Positions 39,500 to 51,299 of a stretch of 64,000 bases of DNA are shown in pieces. Positions within the stretch are counted from its first letter, which is position 1. Every line of letters starts with the position of its first letter. The stretch lies in NCBI GenBank assembly GCA_965655095.1, contig OZ296650.1, positions 53,196,001 through 53,260,000 on the forward strand. Reading direction: 5' to 3'. Position numbers and translations under genes: made by a program. The stretch comes from Haplodiscus bocki. Taxonomy: Eukaryota. Below the pieces are notes generated by a model that was given only the letters and a program-made list of their open reading frames with translations, ran no database searches and was not told where the DNA came from.

Positions 39500-41292
39500 A
39501 CGGGGTCAATCTTTTGTGACACGAAAGCTTTCATGAGTCTAATACCAGGACCTCAAAGACATTATACTAGCACAATTTTCTAGATGAAGCATTTTTTAAG
39601 TTCACAACAATTGGGAGGAAATAATATGACATAAAGTCTTGCATACCGGTACACAAAAGCAGCGCTGTAAAACTGCCGATGTTTTGAAAAATGACCAGTG
39701 GTGTAAAGTTTCATATTATACCGCACCAGCTAAGTGCGTTGTCAATTTTATTTAGAGTTCACGATTCGACGTGCTGGCACGACATTGTTCTTTTGCGGGT
39801 TGAATTGGGAATAGAGGGGCCGATTGTGCATGGTGACATCGGTTCTTCTTGAACTAATGTGTCGTCAGACATTTTGACGAAAACGTGTTTTGTTGCACAT
39901 TCTTCTGTTTTTTTTTCTGTTTGGAGTTAACATGGACAATAATGACATCCTGACACACCTCCGCGGGCTTGAAATCTCTGAGTTATTGAGGAAGAAACCT
40001 TTGAGCATGTACAAACAATTAGCAAGCGATCTTCACCGCAGTCTGAGAAGTCCTTTAATAAGTGTTAGTGAGATATTGTCCCAAAGGTTATGGGTTAGTG
40101 TATGTTTAAAAAGTCCCTATCATATCTTCTTCCTGTTTTGTTCGTAAGTTGTCCCTCAACTCCGTCTGTTCCCCGTGCTTTTCAAAGTCACATCTTTCGA
40201 TGTTCTAGTTTGTACAGAAGGAGAAGATCCAACTGGTACCGTCATGGTTTTGGCCCAACAAATTCTGATCCAGGTGTCTGTCTGCCACGCAATGAATGGA
40301 AGTGTTTCTCAACTCCAGTTGCCAACTCACGATTTGCGGTCCTAGTTTGGAGTTGCCTCTGCTCTTATTGCCGAATCGTCAGGAGAATACCTCTGTCTTG
40401 GGGAGGCGGTACCCAACGTGACCCACTAACAACCTGTGTTTCTTCGGTGAAAGCTGAAAAGATCACTTTACTTAAGAGGATAAATGAGGTTGACTAATGT
40501 TTTTCCTTAACACGGAAAAAGTTGAATTCCTAGGTCTGAAAAGAAAGTGCAACTCTCGTCTTCGCTAAAGAAGTGCACATTAGTGGTGATATACTTTTTT
40601 TGTTCCACTCGAAGCTCTGAAACGTCAGTACCTCAACAAAAAGAGTGGTGAGTTTGTCGAACTGCTTCTTTTGGACAAATCGAAGATGAACACGAAAATT
40701 GCTTGCACATTTTACCAGGCCGCATAAAATTGAGAAAATGACGGAACACGAGGTCACTGATATTGAGTAGAAACTGCAGAACGACCAGCTTATGTTGAAC
40801 AAGAACTGCAAAGAGCAATTCGAAAAAATTTGTGAACGTCGAAATGCTCTTGTTGCGGTGACGGCTCCAATTAATTTGGAATTGACGTTTGCGTTTATCA
40901 CTGTGCTTGAGCATGATGCAGAATTTGATCATAAGCAGATCAATGTCCGATGACGTAATCGATGGCCGGTGAGACAAAAATCTGTCAGCTTGTTAAGCCC
41001 CAGCAGTTTGAGTTTGCTGTAGTCCTAAGAAGTGTGGAGATGTCGTCTTTCACGCTGTTCCAAGAACTTCGAATTTCGGAGTGGATTTTTCCAAGTTGTC
41101 AGGTTTTTCATTGATTTTCGTTTCACATGGGTGATGAGAACGTTAAATTACCGTATGCGCAGATTCTTTTGTGAGTGACAAGGGGTGAAAATCTTGAGTT
41201 CACCAGTGACAACTGGAAAAATTGCAATGGTTATCCAAAAACGGCAAAAGAAGTGTGAATGAAAAAGTAAAGTCGAAACAGGCAATTTTCAT
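39500..41292 (-). pseudogene. env: Env-like class I fusion glycoprotein relic
   Basis: Signal-peptide-like MKIACFDFTFSFTLLLPF from ATG 41292; furin-type KRKR at 40885-40896 followed (one frameshift) by hydrophobic LIGAVTA; position 3' of integrase. Confidence 0.6.
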
Positions 41293-42399
41293 GGGAAGGT
41301 TTTTCTCAGGAGTAGGGGATCTGCTTGTGTTGCTCTGGAGTGACAAATTGGTGACCTCCTTTTGATTTTCATGCTTCCCATCTTTATCAATCTGGTTGTT
41401 GTGTGTATGACTGCCATTTTTCAGGTACGATCCCGCAGACTCCGCACGTGAAGCTGTCAGGCTGTCATGCTCACGTATTGCTGGGTTGTTCTTGAAAGAT
41501 GGTTGTCGGAACGCTGGCGCTCGGCAGTTTCTTTGTAAAATCTTGAAAGCATGAGGACCTACCCAAAAAGACTGCTTTCGACAATGATGTGTGGTGACTC
41601 TGAGGAGCCAGAAGTGTTGGTCAACCACGAAGTGGGCTGCATGGTTCGTCATTCAAAGATATCCGTTTTCCTACTTCAAGCCAGTTCAATTGTCGCTACA
41701 CCAATGGATATCGAGTACCTTCACATCCTCATCTTGAGAATCAGCCACAACAGCTTTCACGGTGGCGAAGCTTATGGGTTGGAAAAACTTCTCCGGTTGG
41801 GGACAGATTCAGCTCGAAGTACCAAAGTGTTAGAAAAACTTGCTTGGCCGAACTCCGCGTGATATATGCGTGTGCGCGAAATTGACCTCAGGCCTGGAGA
41901 ATGAGACTTGCAGAAAACTGTGCTGGGTGTGATGGGAACGTGAAACTTGGAGAACTGTTTTGCTTTGACGGATGTTCGAATGTGGAGTGTAATCAACAGG
42001 TGGATTAATGTGTTAGTCAGTTTTGTCTTCTTTTTGTATCATCTCCTTGCAACTAATATCCCCTCTCCTTGAGATGAGGGCTTTTCGTGGAGGACGGTGA
42101 AGTGGAACGTGTTTCTCCATTTCCTCGTAGGAAGCTGTCAGTGGACTAACCCTGAGACGTTCACTAGTGACAGTGTCGATTTCGAGCTGCAGGTTGACCG
42201 ATCTCAAACATTTCGCTTGTGTTTGACTTGGCAACTTTTCGCTTGAACTGAGCATGACTGCTAGTGGGTGCTTAGATCATGAAACGAGCAAAAACTTTTG
42301 TTTCCGAAGAAAAAACTTATCTGACTAGGGGAATCCTAATTTTGTTCGTATAGAGTTGTGGATGGTTATTCGCGCGATTTTTCGGGTGAACCAGAAACA

Positions 42400-43210
42400 C
42401 TTTTGTCCTGTTTTAGTAGGCGAGAATTGTCCAAAGACGTACAATTGGACATGATATAAGCAGAAATCAGGAGAAACATGAGCTGTTGGGACACGGTCAT
42501 GCGATGCAGTTCACTAACGACAAAGCATGTTCCTCGAAACTGGCTCCATTGTGTCTGTTTCTGATTCGTCATGAGAGTCAAAAATGTCTGGTGGAGATGG
42601 TTATACTTTTTGAAAGAGCGCTTGTTGCTAAATGGGGGCTTGGGGATGCAAAGTTTGCAAAATTGAGATCACATTACTTGATTAAAAATGAACATTTCAA
42701 GCATCACAATAAAAAAGCTGTTGGCTCCCAATTGTTGACACTGTAGTGCCGTTCTGTTGGGAGTTGCCACGAGCTAAACTGTTCCTGGCTTGAAAAAGGT
42801 CTTAGAGGTTTTCGTGTCATCTACCAGTAAGTGCTACCGCAATGACTTCGAGGTTACAACTCCACTGTCAAACCCTCCAAATTGCTGTTAAGCTTGGTGG
42901 AATCGGTGCACAGTTACTTTGGTCATCAAGTCTTTCCTGCGTAAGGTTTACTAGACTGTGGGAAACAAGGTGGTGCAAAGTTGCCATGCCAGTGTACGCC
43001 CTTTCAAGTGATATCATGATGAATTTCAGTTGGGCAAGCCAGTCTGCTAAAAATTGCAAATTGTTTTTGGCCTTGCTGAGAAAGACTGTGCCCATCGCAG
43101 TGTACCCGTGGGTGGACGAGTTGGTTTCTGGAACTTCTGCAAAAACGAGGACCAATGCCGTCCGAAAAAAGGATGAAGTTGCAAAATTCTGGCGCGTTTT
43201 TTCCAAATTA
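42400..43210 (-). pseudogene. Integrase relic
   Basis: ERAYTGMATLHHLVSHSLVNL...APIPP (decayed YWPGM...CxxC...PL.PIP), ATPNRTA, HQTFLTLMTNQKQTQWSQF. Confidence 0.7.
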
Positions 43211-44371
43211 GTGACTAAAGAGGCGACAAAATGATGAATCAGGAGAATGGAACGGTGGTGGTTTTGTCTAATACTGTTATTCGTCTGGAAATTGATGTGT
43301 TTGATGACGCTGGAAACGAAGCTGAGTTTGTGAAAGAAATCAATTTGTGTAAGGAAGGCTCGGAGCAGTTGTTTTTAGGGTTTTGAACGTCCTTCGAATC
43401 TATCAAAAGCAATCGATTTTTGTACACGTTCGAACTAATACTTCAGGTATTCAGCTACTTACTGCAAAAATAAAAACTGGTGAAACAAAAACGGATTGAA
43501 AAAATTACAAAAAGGGGAAAACAAGTCACTGTTCCATATTGGGATACTTACGGTACAGCAAATACACAAAAGAAAATGGGAAAAACAATGGAGAAAAAGG
43601 GTGATGATAGTGTGAAAGCCTTTCACTTCTGTTGTTGACGACCATTTTCGTGAGGCAGAGATTAGGCTTGAGAGAAAGAAGCTGGATGATGCCAGTTAAT
43701 GGTTACATGCTTGAGGATATGTTGCATGGTTACATCAAGACAGAAACTGAAATGAGAAAGATGTGACGATTTCCAGTTCCTAGATTAAGTAATCCGCGCT
43801 TCATTGCTCAGTAAAAACTGGTGATGCCAGGACTTCCTAGTTCTTTCATCTTTTATGATGCTAGGGACCAGAAGCCGCTGGCTCGTTTTTCTCCAGTACG
43901 TCGAAAGTACTGTCGATACAAGACTTTTTTGATACAGATAGCCGTTTTCTGCCCTTTCTGTACTTTCTGGAAAAAATTGGTTCCCAAGGAAGGAGGAAGG
44001 AATTACTACTTCGCCATGAACGAACTGGACTGTCCTCTCAAAATTTACGACAGCAAGACATGCCGTTGAAAACGAATGATGTCCATGTGAAAAACTTGTT
44101 TCAAATTGATTTTGTGCAGTGATCATTTGGTAAACATTTCAACTTTTTGATCAAGATCGGAGGAAGAGTGTTCTTCGTGATGGATGATCGCATTGCGGTT
44201 GAGTTTCCGGCGCGAGTTGTTTTTAACAGATCAATCTTCGTCAGGCTATGTCACAATTATCAGTTTTGCGTTGACATCCTCTCATTCAACTCGAGAGTCA
44301 GTGAATTAAGTGTTTAGGTTCTTTCAGCGGGAGTCTGAGATCTGAGAGAGCCTTATACGTACCAGGGATTG

Positions 44372-44516
44372 CAATACCAATACCAATACCAATACCAAAA
44401 GTCAATACTTGGGCCCTCAATACCAATACCAATACCAATACTATCAAAATTTTGACCCTCAATACCAATACCAATACCTAGACCCCTCAATACCAATACC
44501 AGAGGGCTCAATACCA
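44372..44516 (+). repeat. Left subterminal CAATAC hexamer array of the hAT element
   Basis: Multiple tandem CAATAC runs. Confidence 0.95.
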
Positions 44517-44818
44517 CAAAAGTGGTATTGAATTTGAATTTTTCAAACTCCGCATTACAAATTTTCGAAGCTGATTTTACGAAAATAAAAAATATTTTTA
44601 GATTTTATTTTATTTTGCTTGATTTTAAAACCAAATTCTACTTTGGAAAATTAATATTTTTTGCGTTTTAGATGAGTTTTGATGAGTTCCAGTACTAGCG
44701 TTCAATCGATTTCTGATGAAATTACGGTAATTGAAAATCCAAAACTTCCAGTCGTTGAATATAGAGTCAATAAGAAGACTTCAAGCAATGTGTGCAAGTT
44801 ATTTTTGCTGGAATTTAA

Positions 44819-45784
44819 GGACTTACTGATTGTGGAGCTGACGTACAGGCCGTTTCTGAGTTATTTGGTTGGTATTCATTTCCTTGTTTGGCGCATGTAG
44901 TTAATTTATGTGTTAAAAGAATTATTTGCGCAAACCCAGAATCGGATTTAATTTTTGACGAAAATGATGAAGACGATGAAGATCAAGATCAGGAGCGTGA
45001 AGTTGCTGTAGGCCAATTTCGCCATGTCATTGAGATTGTTCGGAACCTTTGCAAGAAGGTACATAGTTCAACAAAAAACGCCGAAGCCCTTGAAAAAGCA
45101 CAGCTGGAATTTTTAAATAGTCAGAATGATGAACAAACAGACGGAGAGGTTGTCAGAAAATCACCATTAAAGATTATTTGCAGTAATGCGACGAGATGGA
45201 ATTCAGTATTTGACATGTTGGTTCGCTTTCGAGATCTTAAACGATATATGCAAATTATGTTTGAAAATGATTTGCGAAACTACGACTGGGCAGCATTAGA
45301 TAATATTATTGAGCTCCTTCTGCCCTTTAAGGAATGCACAATGCGGCTACAAGCAAAGGATGCATCTGTTCATACGGCTAAAAACATAATTTTATATCTT
45401 CAAGCACGGGTAAGAAATTTGTCAATTGATGCTCAGTTAGTCTTGGATAAATGGCTAAATAGAAATGATATCGTTGAAGCTCTTCTGAAGAAGCGTGGAA
45501 GTTTCTTCGACAAGGTAAAGGAGAAATTTATATACGAAGAGAACGCTCAAAACGATCATGGTTACAATCTTGGGACAGAAATAACATTAGCTGATTTTGA
45601 ACGTCGAATATGTGCAGATGACTTTAGAGTTGAAGCCTATATGATTACATTTAAACCCGCCAGTGTTGACCCAGAACGCCTATTTTCATTGTGTAGATAT
45701 TCTAAGAATTATTTACAATGTCGTATGACTGCTGCACATCACGCCAGAAACGTTTTCTTGAAGAAAAATGAAAAGTTTCTCTAA
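44819..45784 (+). pseudogene. hAT transposase, intact C-terminal ~320 codons, N-terminal part missing
   Basis: Open frame with TDCGADV (second catalytic Asp region), PCLAHVVNL (CxxH), NATRWNSVFDMLVRF and PASVDPERLFS (catalytic Glu / dimerisation domain). In-frame TAA at 44816-44818. An out-of-frame short N-terminal ORF starts at 44679. Confidence 0.93.
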
Positions 45785-46155
45785 TTGAATGTTTAAGCAT
45801 AAATATCTTTTCAGCAGTGGGAAGTTTGAAGCTCTAAGCATTTGCGTTACATTCACCAAAAAATTCTGAACAAAAGATATTTTCTTCATATTCAGCGTAA
45901 AATTTCGATTAAATAACATATTAGGTCATTTTGGCGATACACGCTTCGTTTGGTCGTAATCACTGAAAAATTTTAATTAAAATCGATACAAGTCAATTTT
46001 TCATGTACATGCTTATTTCCATCGTAATCAGCAAAAAATTTTAATAAAAATCGATTTTACTCATTTTTTCATGTTCATGCTTATTTTGGCTGTTTAGAGC
46101 ACAAATCCTTCATTAGGGGTAAGATAAGACCATTTTTGATGTACATGCGTATTTT

Positions 46156-46272
46156 CAATACCAGTTCACGATTGGGTCAATACCATTCACTAACCCAGGT
46201 ATTGACTCAATACCAATACCAATTCCAATACCAAAAGTGCTCAATACCAATACCAAAAATCTCAAGTATTGA
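46156..46272 (+). repeat. Right subterminal CAATAC hexamer array of the hAT element
   Basis: Multiple CAATAC plus two GTATTG. Confidence 0.95.
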
Positions 46273-49200
46273 ATTCCCTGATACGTACCGGATATTCTTT
46301 CACTATTACGTGGGTAACTATGAAGTATAACCTGAAATTCTGTCCACAGACGTTCCACAATTTCATAGCAAGATGTTTACGTTGAAGTGAATGAGTTGGA
46401 ACATTGTTGTCAGGCATGAGAGTGAAAGCCTTGATCACGCCCCATAAAATGGGTCGAAAATAGTCAAAGGAAAAGTGCACGTCTATTAACTTCTCATTGT
46501 ACCGAGTTGAAAACATTCGGGCGGTGGTGAACCAGCGAGAACCAAAAAGCACGCGTACCCATAATTTAAGGTGATGTGTTGTCTTTGCATATTCTTTTGC
46601 AAACACAACAAAACTAGTTGTTGGTTAGGTGATGGAAGCTGTAATGAATACCTGTTCAACTTGTCTAGATTTTAGTTGATGTCAAAAAGGCATATGTATA
46701 GACTAGAATGAGTTACAATTCTTGGTACGTCTCTAACAAACAGCACAACACATTTGAGTTCATGTGCTAGTGTTGGGATCTACTGCCGGTAAAAGGTACC
46801 ACTTCCCCAAACGACTGAAGTTTTCACTGTAGTGTGGAGTTCAACAAAACTTACATAACCGTCATTTTGTCGTAAAGAGGTGCTATACCTTGCTATAAAT
46901 TGTATGTTCTGTCTTGCCCGATTGTACATTCACTCAGACAGATTAAGTAGAGCAAGTGGGATTCTATGAGACAACAATTCCATGTTCTGCAGGAACTCAT
47001 TTTAAATCTGACCTCCTACGTCGAAATGATTAATTTTTGAGCACATCTGTCAGCTTCAATTACAGGGTGGAGGTATTCTCTGATTACAACTGTTGAAAAT
47101 GACATTGAGTACCCAAAAACAAAGCTTAGCAGATGAATCGGATGATTGTCTGCTATTTATGTTTATTGGATGGTCGGCTGACATTCAAATTTTCAGAAAC
47201 ACTGTTGTTTTGCCCATTGCTGAGCTCTGGCAACAGCCATTGCGACTATTTGGTTGTTCTCATTGTAGTTTCGCTTGAAGAAGTGACCAATTCAACTCAT
47301 TTACAGGATTTTTTGAGCCTATCATTTGATGGAGCTGAGATATTTGGGTGACAAGGTTATTGAAAGTTAAAATTGAAACTAGGCAGAATCTTGGTGGAGT
47401 ACTAGTTCAACGGATTTTTTGTGTTTGAGGTCCGTCGCCGTTTAAAAATTTTCAAAGTGGACTCATTCGTCAAGCTTGGATATTATTTTATTCTTGATTC
47501 CGTTGGAAACCTCTATCTGTCCGACTAAGCAGAGCAAAATACTATGACACCACCTCACAAACACTTCTATCACCAACAGCTCTTCAGCTGAAAACATCGA
47601 GAGTTTCAAGTTGAACTGAAGCAGAAAGCCATACGTCGTTCGTCATCCAATCTGGTATCGAGTTTCTCCATTTCCCGGACTCTTAGACTTTCTTCGTTAA
47701 CTCGCCCTTCCAGCCGGTTGAGCGCTGAGGGCCGTCGCACTTCTTAGGCATACCGTCTTTTTTCAACTGGTGCATGTGGGGACTACATGACGCTGTCTAC
47801 CTCGTCTGGATGAAAGGGGTCGGGAAAACTTTTTCCAACGACATGCTTTGAACGAAGCTGCTAGCTTCCCCAGGTGTGAGTATCACGAGGGTGATCAACC
47901 TTTCTGTGGCTGATAAAGAACGTAAATGTGCCCAGGTTATTGACTTGGATCGTTGTTTGACTGTTTTTGACCTGAATGTGTGCTGTTATTTCTGATTTTT
48001 GAGACAAAGCGATAATAACCTCACCGAACAAGAAAAAAGTTTCAGTTTCAGTTGCTGGTAACATATTCTTGAAAGGTTTCGCGCTGATTTGCTCCACGGT
48101 TGAAGGTCTCGTGCGAAAAGGTGAGTTGGAGTGACAACTGTGGGAATTGAAAATAGCTCTAGCGGAGATCGTATGACAAAGAATTTCTCTCAAGGGAAAG
48201 CTTTGTGACCAGATTGTTGGAAATGGTTGGCCAAAACATGAATTTTTAATCGATATCTTTCCTCGAGACTTTGTTTTCGTATTAGCACTAAAAGGATATT
48301 GTTGGTTTCAGTTTTGTATTGGATGGATGTGAATATGTCTAGACAAGCTGAAATGTGTGCAATGAGACGTCGGTGTAACTCTCTTCAAGACAGGGGGTTT
48401 GAGGAAACTCTTACTCGATAAACGTACGCGCTTTCTGTTCATCGAGTTGCCATGGTTTTTAAAGCATGTGGTCATGTTTGTTAAGTCTGAGAAACGTAGT
48501 CAATGGGTAGTTCTCACCTTCTGGTCTTTTTGTCCACACTTGTGGTGATTTTTTTGTTTCTGGTTGGTTATCACCTCGTCGGGTTCCTTTCCTTTATCAT
48601 GATGAGTTTTTGTCGGTTTGAGTGCTGTTGATGCGTTCTTCGGTCGGCAGGATTTCATCTAATTACCTTCAATTCCTCTTAGATGGGCGTCTGAGGCGTA
48701 TTGATAAATTTTTTCAGGCCTCTCACTCGAAACATGTTTTTGAATTTTTGAAACGCAAGATTTCTTAGGAGGCTGCCTATATCCCTTGGGATCGCTGTCT
48801 TCTTATTCTGTTTAGGTTTTTTTTGTTTGCCTTTCTGATGGCTCTGCCTAGACCAAAATTTTTTTCGAAAAAACTGTAATGCACACTGTTTGAAGTTTGA
48901 TGCGACTGCTGACGTGGCTTCAACAGTTTAAGAAACGATCCTCTTTGCTGTCTATCGCTTTTCAGAATTCGAATTGCGTACCATTCCATTCATTGGGGCT
49001 TCTTCTCCTCAAAAATTGTTTGTTATCCTCGGTGTTTTGCATCTCGTAAGATGTACTTCTGAAACCATATGCGCCTCCTGCTCTGTGTCTGCAATAGCAT
49101 GTTCAGTGGCTTGCGAAATCACAAAAACAACACACCAGTTTTTAGTTGCACTTCAGTCTTCCAACTGTTTGAGCCTTTTGGAAGCTTCTCTGGTTTTGCT

Positions 49201-51299
49201 GTTTGGTTTCTTTCCGCTTTTGCGTCGATATTTTCCCCGCTTGTGGTTTTTTTTGACACAGTGTTGGCAATCTCCTGTGAACATTGGGTGCTTTAAATTG
49301 AGGCATTTTTGCCCTTTTGTGTCGCTTCTGCCTAGAAGATAGGTCTCTCAATGAACTTGTCTGTACCTGTTGGACAACACATATGTTGGTATTGAAAAAC
49401 TTTTTGGACAAATACTTTGGGGTTCTCAAACAAACCGTTTGTTTCTGCGCCAGTGGACAGCTCATATTACTGCTACACGAAATATTTAACGGAATTGAAC
49501 TTTCCAACAAACTCAAAAGCCTCAACTCCAGAAGCTTTTTTGTTTGTCTTCCTACGTGTCATGAGAAACTCCGCAGAGATTGTTTTGGTGGACTCAAAGA
49601 CGACAAGTTTCTATCAGAGTTTGCACCATTTCTCGAAGTCTTCTTGTGCTATTTTCGCTTGATTTGGATCAGTACGTCTTCTTGGATTTTTTCGAAAGTG
49701 ATCTTTAGCGTGTGACTTATTTGTTTGGCTTCGTCACCACATAGGGCTCAAAAAAGGTTCAGAATTGTTTTTATTCTGTGACTCTTTGTTGGTTAGGACG
49801 TTATCGAATAGGTAATTGGCCTCAAAAACCGTTGAGTTTGTCATTAGCGATCTCGAATTAAGTATCTGTGTGTCAGGTCGTTTTTGTGCGACCTCTTCAG
49901 TACCGCTGGTGGACTGATGATCCCCATGCCGACATGTTGTATCTCTGAGGAGCGAGTTGTTTTGGTTTCGTCATACTTATCGTACTGACTGAGTCCTCTG
50001 TTGTGGTAGAACATAGACGGGATTAAATCCGTCGGTTACCGCGAGTGTGTTTTATTGGAGAAAAAAATTGGCGGACTGCATCAAACCGGCTGCCAGTGCC
50101 TTATGAAGATTTAGCAATTTTGATAAAGGTGGCAAAATCGGGACTTCTACCAGATGGTTTTTCTTCAGGTTCACGTATCAACTCGCAAAGTTTTGCCAAT
50201 TGCTACGTAAGGTAATTGGTCACCACCTAATTTTGGCGAGCCACCTGTTTGGACGAGGGGAGACTGCCGGATCAGATGTCGACTTCGTGATTAGACATGA
50301 TGTTGGGGGTGTCAACTAAGATGCTTTCAGTCTCTCTGCTACAGTGTATTTTGTCCGTATCCATCTTGCAGTCTTTTTTACAAACTAGGAGAATTAATAT
50401 GAAGGCTCATTATAAAAGTTGTTAAAAATTTGATTTGTGTTAACAGTGGAGAAAACGTAAAAACAGAGTGCCAAATAAAGAATGTAAATTTTTTAGTGAT
50501 GATGTGAGTTTTTCGTGACTGAGATATAATGCACAAATTGCTGGTTGCTGCCTGTGAAAGGGTTGTTCTGATACTTTCGTTCAACTTGTGCCCAAATACT
50601 TGCGCTAATTGGTTGCGTGTTCGTCCAATTAAATCAAGTGGTCGTAATCTTGACTTGTAGTTGGCTCCAAGTCTTCGCACATGTTTATCTTTAACAAAGA
50701 TAATGATAATCGGGCCATCTTTTTTCCCATCAGTTTTTGCTTTTCCTGCTGCGACGTGGTTGGCTGACACCAATGACGACATTGGAACCACTTCAAAAAC
50801 CTAGAAACTTGATTGTAAAAACTGTAGTTATATTCAGTGAACTGAAAGTATGAAAACACAAGAAGTGTACTGTCTTTTAGCATATTTATTACTGTATCAT
50901 TTTGGACAACATTTGAGCACATTACAGATCAAAAGTTCCAAAGAGTTTTGAAAGGTTACCTATTGTTGTTGTCCCAAGCACAATGATGTTGGCATCAGGT
51001 AATTTTAACAGCGATATAGATTTGTTCAACTTTCATTAGTTCAAAACAGTTATTGAGAGGCTGGTTCTGACTTCACTCAAAGATTGATCAACCGAAATGA
51101 CAGAAATTTTGCCAGAGGTAATGTCAGTAGTTTTCTGACGTTATTGTAGCACAGCTTCAGTTGTAGAGGACAAAATTCGGCTTCATCAGAGTATTCATGC
51201 GGGAAATTTTTGACATAATGGTAATCATGCTATTGTAGTAACTTGTTTTTCCATTAGGTGATGTTGGATAGTGTGAAGCCTTACAAAACATGACAAGGG

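Larger units (their letters stand above)
44363..46280 (+). mobile_element. hAT-superfamily DNA transposon, internally deleted, 1918 bp
   Basis: Perfect 8-bp TSD ATACGTAC (44355-44362 and 46281-46288); TIRs CAGGGATTGCAATAC / GTATTGAATTCCCTG (13/15); CAATAC subterminal arrays; transposase ORF. Confidence 0.97.
39500..50100 (-). mobile_element. Degenerate env-bearing Ty3/Gypsy element, interrupted by a hAT transposon
   Basis: Minus-strand order: gag (~48500-49900; knuckle remnant HKCGQKD ~48530), protease (~48300), RT (~46700-47500), RNase H (ORF 46262-46606 VLFGSR...FDYFRPILWG..FTLMPDN), hAT insertion, ALS resuming at ~44350, integrase (~42400-43200; NQKQTQWSQF), env-like ORF (~39500-41292). 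LTRs not recognised. Confidence 0.8.

Noticed and set aside
44372-44516. CAATAC arrays as telomeric or CRISPR-like repeats
   Set aside because: They are hAT subterminal repeats inside TIRs and a TSD, with no spacers.
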